DNA of 58,733 bases, the filler included, from Platydemus manokwari (lineage: Eukaryota), in assembly GCA_037951405.1 (NCBI GenBank). It is 5 parts of 5 records of this genome, joined end to end, with 100 filler letters (N's around TTAATTAATTAA, not from the genome) between each part and the next. Parts side by side here need not be neighbours in the genome. Positions count along the whole stretch, not along the records: positions 48,203 to 58,733 come from JBBMOY011126441.1; 4 more parts are not named here. One strand, written 5' to 3'. Below are positions 50,500 through 58,733 of the stretch, in pieces (position 1 is the stretch's first letter; each line of letters opens with the position of its first letter). Made by a program: the position numbers and the translations under genes. Below the pieces are notes generated by a model. The model saw only the letters and a list, made by a program, of their open reading frames with translations, was not told where the DNA came from and made no database searches.

Positions 50500-51060
50500 A
50501 GTGTATAAGAATGTATATCTGCAATCATGGTTCAGGTGTAGCAATTTTTCTGTTAGTTGATTGTAGAGGTCAACACTTGGACTTTGTTATTTATGGTTAC
50601 ATAATATCTCTTCTATAAGTAGAACGTTTTTAAGAAGAGGAGCTGTGGTGCATTGCAGTGTAAGTTGCCACAGTGATGAGACATTGTAAATGGGGAGAAG
50701 TTTAAATTACAAATGTTTGACATTCGTAGGACTTGGGTAGTTTATTTTCGATCATTAATAATTTACCAGTGAACTACTTTATTAATAAAACAAAAGTTTC
50801 TTGTAGATTAGAAGCAGTATTAAATTGAAGGTTTCCTAGAATTAGAATTTCCGCTGTTAGTATATACAAAATTTTGTCCAATTTTCTTGCTTAATGGCTC
50901 AGAATTGATACCCTGATAGTTCCATGTCAATTTTTATTAGTCGTGGTGTCTGTCAGAACTTCCTATTTTATAGATCCAAGATTCACATGACAACTAGCTT
51001 TTGTGCTTAAGCTGTACTCATTGTTAGTCAATAAATCATCTTACATAATACTTCGCGTTT
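50500..51060 (-). mobile_element. highly degenerate Gypsy-like pol (RT) relic
   Basis: Fragments ILDL*N..F*QTP (cf. LDL-xx-GF-x-QIP), YPSPTNVKHL (cf. P-x-P-x-NVK-x-L) and TAPLLK appear in the expected order. Confidence 0.35.
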
Positions 51061-54041
51061 GGTTTTCTTTATTTCACACAGTAATAACCTTTAAATTCAA
51101 TATGTTTAATTAGTAATGTATTTCGATATTTCCGTAAATGGAATTTAAAAATTTAGAATAGCTATGTCAACTTATTTTATATTTCTAAATCGCCTTTAGA
51201 ATTTATTTTAAAAGAAGGGGTCCTCGCTAATTTTCAATTAATTGCATTTTGATCTACTTTGACCCGTTTTTCAAATAATTAATTTTTAGGAAATTTTAAA
51301 AATCCTGTGCATTTATTATTTGATTTTAAATAACTAAAATTTTACTCAAGTACATCAATAAAAAATTCAAAATTTTATTAAAGAATTTACTTAAAAATTC
51401 AATATATATTTTTGCATTACGTTCCACAATTTTAAAATTTTATTTTAGGGCCCTATTTTTTAACTTTAGCCGATTAAATTATTGTTAGACTGATTTAATT
51501 GTAAATGTTACTTTTGGTTTAAGATTTGATTATCTCACAAAATCTGTCCAGATAAACAAATAATAAAAAGCAATTTATCATTATAAAACAATTTTAGTTT
51601 TTTCAACACAAGTATTTCAATAATTTTCTATCAGTGTAATTATATTTAAATAATTTGTTTGGTTGAATTGTTGTTGAAAAACCGTGGAGAAAATTTTCGA
51701 ATTTATTCATTCACATGTAAATTCTGAAAATTATGAAAATAAGTTAACATATTAAGTATAATAAAATTGTGGTAATTTTAAATATCACGAACCTTTGTTA
51801 TTCGATAACAACTAATAAAAACAGTTAAACATATAAGCATCTGTGGTAATTACTAAAACATATTACAAACAAATGCATTATATGATTTACAAATATATTA
51901 ATCAAAAATTGGATGACGTATAAAGAGGTAACAGTAATGAGTTAAACATGGGCAATTCTACCAATAGAGTTTGTATTTGAACACAATTTATGGTTTGTAA
52001 GCATTTACAATGATCTTAGTTTGTATAGAGTTTGATGTGGTTTATCCCAAGATTTTTACATCAGCTTCATTCAATTTATATTAATCCGTTATGAAATCCA
52101 TTATATGTCGCATTAAATTTTTTAATTAATGTTTTATTAATGTTTTCCTTAATCGTTTACTCATTATATTGACTTGCTGTTATTAGGACATACATTTCCG
52201 TACCATATGATTTTCGAATTTTTACTCATAGTTTCCATTAATCATTATCATTTTTTTATTTATTTGTAATGTTATTTATTTAATATTTTACTTTCTTTGA
52301 TCACTGTTCATGCCAATAATCTTATTAAAGCAAAAAAATACATTGAATATTTAATAATTACCAAATTTGTAATTCGCATAATAACAGATAAAATTCTGCT
52401 CTACTTTCGTGAATATTTTAACCGTACACATAATCAATGTCAAAATAATATTAACAACCTAATAATTCAATGAAAATTGGTTGACAGTGATATCATTGGA
52501 CAATGGAATAAGTTGTAGTTTCTTGAATGTGTTTGGTTTTTGAACACAGCTTTCAACAGGTTCAGGAGTCTCGATTTATTGACGATATTTCATTAATTTG
52601 CTGAGAGTTCGTTGTGATTAGTGCTATGGGTGGTTGATTTAGATTGTATTCGAATGGGTTAATGTAAAACGGTGCATCACGGACTACCGAAGGGATGTTG
52701 ATGACCAGCATATCTATAAAATTCCATGGCAACAAAGTTTAATTTTTGAAAATTAAAATAGATTCGAAAAAGAAAGCTCCGAATGATCCAAATGTAATTA
52801 TAATATAAAATATTATATTCGAATAATCAATAAAATCAATATTTTACATTATAGTTTCTTACAATGAATTAAATTTAGTAATGATATTTAGTAATATAAA
52901 TTTTAATTAACTTGTATTTCACATCTTATATTTTACCACGGATTACTACATTTTTAAAATGAATTTTCTCACAATAATAATTATTTCAAAATAATTTCAT
53001 TCATAAATTCTCCATAATATCAACTTATGCATTCCAGTAAATGATATTAATCGAGTTTATTAAAAAATATGTTAAAATACTATTTAAAAACTGATAAATA
53101 TATACAATTACTCAATCCAGAACTATCGATCAATTTTTAGCTGTTTTATTATTAACTGAAATATGATTTCGTACAAGTTTTCTCTGTAATTTTTTCCAAT
53201 CAAAAAATAAAAGTAAATTGAACCAAGTTGATATTAATCGAGTTGTTCTTTGAATAATTAAATTAGCGAATCTTTATGTAAAGATAATTTTGGGTATTTA
53301 TCGAAACTTAAATAGTCTTGATAATTTTTCTGAGTTTAACTGTTTAATATTGAATATAAAAATTTTATCAACATATAAAGTCATTTAATTAACTAAACTC
53401 GTACAACAATGATTGAAATTTATGGTAATCTTTATTTTACTTTTAAAAGTTTCTATTATTAATAAAAATTTTCAACTTTACTTTATTTAACGTTTAAAAA
53501 TCGGTAAAATTTTAGAATGATAAAATTACTAAATTAAAATTTGGCAAACAATATTAAGGCATATCAAAGTGGATATAAAGTGAAATGTCCAAAAATTATT
53601 TGACATTATGAAGACTTTTTGATCTTAAATTGATAATTATATTCTATATATCATCACCAGATTAATTATCCTTCGAAATAATCATATTTTCAACCGAAAT
53701 TTTACTCACAAAGCGACGGTTTATTTGTTTTAATTCTAAATTAACAATCAAACTCACCAATTCATTATCGATTTAAATTACTTACTTAATAATTTATTTT
53801 AAATCGTTGTTTATATCACCGAATTTTCAAGTTTGAATATAATAATTTTTAATTATAACAAATATTAAACGGTAAGTATCACGCATCAACTTTTAATCAC
53901 CAATTAACGTAAATACAACATTTTTATTTTAAATTTAAAAATAAAACATATTTTAAAAATTATTTTGAAAATCTATCAGATATTATTTGTTTAAATTTTC
54001 GTGTACAAAAAAGTCTGATTTAATACGATATAATAATTTCA

Positions 54042-57000
54042 ATGTTTAATGGTAAAGATTTTATTATTATCATTATTACTATTAATATTATTTGAAATTA
54101 AAAATTTTTTAAATACTGTAGCGTCAAATCAAATCGGAATGTTTGGAAGTCAACAGGGAACGAGTTTATTCGGACAGAATCAAAACCAATCAAATGGATT
54201 TATGAGCAACAATATTTCCAGTGTAGTCGGGACAACCACAAAATTTGCCCCGATTTGCGATACGGACACGATTAAAAAAGATAACAGAAATGTCACAGTT
54301 AAAACAATGCTGCAATGTATAACGGCTATGAAAGCATACGAAACAAAATCCATTGAAGAATTGAGAAGTGAAGATTATTCTGCTAATAGACTTAGTTCAC
54401 AGAATCAACAACCATTTGGTACTCCTCAGCAATCGGCTCTAGGTTCCTCTGTGCAAAATGGTCTTTTCGGAGCTAATACTCAAAACAGTGCATTTGGAAC
54501 AAATAACCTATTAGGAGCAAAGACCACTACAAACTCAACATTTGGTTCCTTCAACAGCCAACCACAACCGACTAATAATTTCGGAACAAATAATCTCTTT
54601 GGTGGAGCGACAGCATCGGCAAATAATTCGTTTGGTTCACAACCAACTAATGCTTTTGGATCAAATAATCTTCTAGGCGGAGTCAAACCTGCTACAAACT
54701 CAACATTTGGTTCCTTTAACAGTCAACAACCGGCAGCAAATGCATTTGGAACAAATAATCTTTTTGGTGGTGCAACATCATCTGCAAATAATTCATTCGG
54801 CTCATTTAACAATCAGCAACAACCAGCTAATACTTTTGGATCAAATAATCTCTTAGGTGGCGCAAAGCCAGCAACGAACACTGCGTTTGGATTGAATCAG
54901 CCACAGCCAAAAAACAGTCTTTTCGGTGGCTCTGCTACGTCTACCAATAATTCATTCGGTTCGTTCAATAATCAACCTCAAACAGCAAACGCAATTGGAA
55001 TGAATAATACAGCAAATAAACCACTTTTTGGATCTACACAACCTACACAATCACAGGGCTTATTTGGTTCTCCTCAACAGGGCTCGTCATTATTTGGGAA
55101 TCAGAGCCAAAATCAACAAAATACTTTATTTGGTGGTGCACAACAACCGTCACAGCAAACAGGACTGTTTAATACAGTTAATAATACGAATTCAAAACCT
55201 GGTTTCCAAAATTCTACTGGGTTATTTGGATCAAGCAATTCATCACAGCCATTGGGGAATGCTCCTCAACAGAATAATGGATCTTTATTCGGTAATCAAG
55301 TACAAACTCAACAAAACAGTATGTTTGGAGGTGCACAACAGTCCAGCCAATCAACCGGTTTATTTGGATCAAATACCGCAGTATCGAATTCAAGTCTCAT
55401 CAAACCAGCTGGTACATCTTTGTTTGGCAATGCTTCTCCATCAGGGGGATTATTTTCAAAAACTACTTCTGGCGGACTTTTTGGAAGTCCAAACGCTAAC
55501 ACTGGTTTGGGAGGTACACCAGCAAATACCGGTTTTGGAACTACACCGTTAAATAATGGGTTTGGAAGTGCCCCAGCAAATACAGGATTTGGAGGTGCAC
55601 CAGCAAATACAGGATTTGGAAGTACTCCAGCAAATACAGGATTTGGAAGTACTCCAGCAAATACAGGATTTGGAAGTACTCCAGCAAATACAGGATTCGG
55701 AAGTACTCCAGCAAATACAGGATTTGGAAGTACTCCAGCCAATACAGGATTTGGAGGTGCCCCAGCCAATACAGGATTTGGAAGTACTCCAGCAAATACA
55801 GGATTTGGAAGTGCCCCAGCAAATACAGGATTTGGAATTAAACCAGCCAATACCGGATTTGGAAGTACACTAGGTGGTTCCAGTTTTGGAAGCACATTGG
55901 GTAATTCGGGTTTTGGAAGTAAACCAACCAATACTGGTTTTGGAAGTACTTTGGGAGGTTCCAGTTTTGGAAGCACATTAGGTAATACGGGTTTAGGAAG
56001 TACTGGTAACTCGTTGGGATTAACAAATCAACCTTTTAATTCTGCATCTCAACTTGGTGCTGCTAATAATATGACCGCCATGAGCAATGCTGATGCAGTT
56101 GTGCAACAACAAATAATGCAGAAAAAGATTCTTAATTTAGTGTCCAATAGTCCGTATGGTCTTAATAAATTATTTATGGGTCAACATTTACAAGATAATA
56201 CTAAAATAAATGGTACCGAAATAAATAATAATAATCCAACTTTATTAACTCTTGCTATTAAACGCGATGAAAATGAAAAATCCAAAAACCTTCAGAGACG
56301 ATCTGTTTTGAAACAAAACACAAAAGTCATACCAAATCGTTTATCAATGGTATTTAGTGGATTTGATGAAATAGAAGATGTATCAAACAAATCAACTAAT
56401 AGTGTCGATAATTTCCTATTCACAAGAAGAGAAGATTGGAAATATTTACCACCAGATGCATTAAAGCCTTCAAGAAAATCTTTGAAAATTCAAGACAATT
56501 CGTCTATCAATTTCAATTCGATTCATTCTGAAACTATTGAAGAAACAAATCACATTATTTCTTCTCCACTTCGAACAATCGGTCAACAATTAAAAGAAGA
56601 AGCTAATTATTATGATAATTTATCAACTCCACAATTTTCAACATTGTTGCAAAAGTCAGTAACCAATAATCAAACCTTCTCAGATTCTCTCATAATTCAT
56701 AATGAAAATTCAACAGTTAATATTAATCAATCAAAACAGATCAATTCTATTTTAAATGATATAAACAAAGATGGCGAATTGTTATTGGTTAAGTCAAATG
56801 ATCCAATCAAATCTATAATCAATAAAAGTCTTTCTAATGAAATTGATGATATAAATAATGACAAAGAAAATAGTGATTATTTCGACATTGATGATAACAC
56901 CTGTAAAGTTAAATTAACTAAAGAAGATTATTATATTGAACCAACATTAGAGATTCTGGATAAATTAGTTTCGATAAATGAGTCTGGAGTTAGCGAATGT

Positions 57001-58682
57001 TGGGTTGAAAATTTCATTATCGGTCGCAAAGATTATGGATCAATAGAATTTCCCGGATTAACAAATGTATATGGATTATGTCTCGATGATTTAGTGGATA
57101 TTCGACACAAAGAAGTATCTGTTTATCCAAATGATGAAACAAAACCAGAAGAAGGAGAAGAATTGAATAAATTAGCTCGTGTGATTTTATCGAAAGTGTG
57201 GCCGATGGATAAATCAAGTAGTGAACCGATTCGAGATGAAAATCGATTAAAAAATATGAAATTTGAGGATAAATTGAAAAAGTGTACTGAACGACTCGGT
57301 GCACGATTTATTAGCTATGAACCAATTGACGGAACTTGGATGTTTGAGGTTGATCATTTTTCAAAATATACTTTCATGGATTCTGATGAGGATGATGATG
57401 AAAGGGTTGACCAAAAACCTCCGAAAGATGAAATAAGTCCAAACCCTCTTTCAAATATGTTTCATCAACCTAAATCGGTTTTGGAAAGATTTGTTAATCC
57501 TTCGAGTTCATTCAATGTTCCTAAAATGAAGAAATCACTTTTTCAATACGACAGTGATGAGGAAGCAATGTTTAATCAATCGATCAATAAACATTCCAAG
57601 AATAACAATAACTTCATTTTCCAAAACAATGGACCGAAAAACGAAATATGTAACTTTATTAATTAATTCGATCTTGAATAATATTTTTATTAGCGATTTG
57701 TCTTTAATTTTTTTTATTATTTTTGTAAATGATTTGATGTTCCTCTAATGTAATGAATAAATATCACAGATGTCTTATATTTTAAATTGACTGATAGTCG
57801 TATCGTTATTTAATTAAATAATTTATAACAGACATGAATCAATTGATGCCAATCTCGTCTCAGAATGACTCTAAGATGGATTGGTCAAAATCAAATAATG
57901 CATTGATTTGTGTTGATGGGAATCGCAAACAGGATGATGATAAACGACCAATTAAACCATTAACAGCCGAGCACATTGCATCGACATTAGCTGTAAAATC
58001 TCACAGCGGATCATCCAATCAACACATTATCATTCCCAATCATATGAGAGACTTACGTGATATGAAAATGCCTTATCTGCTATCAAATATTATGAATTAT
58101 TTTGGTATGGTGCCTTTTGATCCATTAATTGATATGGTATAATATTCCATTTTGTTTAGATACTGTTGTTTTTGATATTCATAACAAATGTGCCAACGAT
58201 GTAGCTTTGTCCCAAGGAAATCGATTCCGGACTGGGTTTCTATCATCTCGGTTTTCATCGACATCTGGTTTGAAAATTTTCAAGATCAACAACGAGAAAA
58301 GCAGTTTAAGGTCATTTAACGGAGGGATTAAAAAGACTTTGCCAAATGCTCTTAATGTTATGCGGCTCAATTCAAATAAATTACAAAATATAGATTATCA
58401 TAACAGATTAATGGAAGCGGCATTGTCTGTGTCTGAATGCTCGTTCAATGAAGATAATAAATGCCCTTTGTGGAGTCCAGCTGATGGATTTAGTGCTCTC
58501 AATTGCTACTTAAAAGTTCATTTGGATATAAGTAAAAATGAGAACTGTCTGGAAAGGACAACTTTTGAGAGGATTGTCCGACTCTGCAATGCATTATGGA
58601 ATGATCTCGATGATAAAAAGAGAAATTATCAATCATTCGTTTATGATTTAGGTCGTAAGCAAATGTTTTCTCAATGGATCAA
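54042..58682 (+). CDS. NUP98: nuclear pore complex protein Nup98-Nup96 precursor (3' incomplete)
   Basis: FG/GLFG repeats, GLEBS (GTTTKF...QCITAMKAYETKSIEELRSEDY), an autoproteolytic domain ending F-E-V-D-HF/SKY, and Nup96 DVALSQGNRFRTGF. Proposed exons are 54042-54051 (ATG TTT AAT G|gt), 54122-57649, 57832-58104 and 58160-58682, all phase-consistent. Confidence 0.97.
55561..55857 (+). repeat. coding 27-bp minisatellite, 11 near-identical units (FGSTPANTG)
   Basis: Unit TTTGGAAGTACTCCAGCAAATACAGGA. Diverged 9-aa units continue on both sides (about 55507-55995). Confidence 0.95.
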
Positions 58683-58733
58683 GTAGGATATTGATATCTG
58701 GATAGATTGTTATAAACTGATGTCGATAGGATG

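Noticed and set aside
54049-54121. Signal-peptide-like N-terminus MVKILLLSLLLLILF on Nup98
   Set aside because: It falls within a predicted 70-nt GT-AG intron (54052-54121). The spliced start MFN matches the conserved Nup98 N-terminus.
55561-55857. CRISPR-like array
   Set aside because: Contiguous tandem units with no unique spacers, in frame inside a eukaryotic gene.
55028-56026. Overlapping and antisense repetitive ORFs (222, 174, 105 and 93 aa)
   Set aside because: These are shadow frames kept open by the 27-bp coding repeat and FG codon bias.

Overview
This is AT-rich eukaryotic (animal) genomic DNA with short GT-AG introns of about 50-135 nt. The style and gene content suggest a flatworm or planarian, which is an inference only. 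The window is five unlinked contigs (1-9079, 9180-25535, 25636-38234, 38335-48102, 48203-58733) joined by artificial 100-nt spacers (44N-TTAATTAATTAA-44N). Recognisable genes are a RING/Zn-finger/MATH TRAF, an isolated ABCB (P-glycoprotein) exon, an intronless orphan with a PH/PTB-like N-terminus, a single-exon ARAP (PH-ArfGAP-RhoGAP), the 3' half of myosin XVIII, and the 5' part of Nup98-Nup96 with a recent 27-bp FG-repeat expansion. The main finding appears in the ORF track only as disconnected fragments. Small exons across 40535-45708 splice in consistent phase into an approximately 450-aa 2xIg-transmembrane-TIR protein, an IL-1-receptor-like architecture, and its TIR lacks the BB-loop proline. 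The window also holds two decayed copies of one Polinton/adintovirus-like endogenous virus family: pPolB, integrase, PLA2-like, major capsid and protease remnants in one, major capsid and pX-like remnants in the other. Pogo/Tigger, hAT, Gypsy and non-LTR relics are also present.
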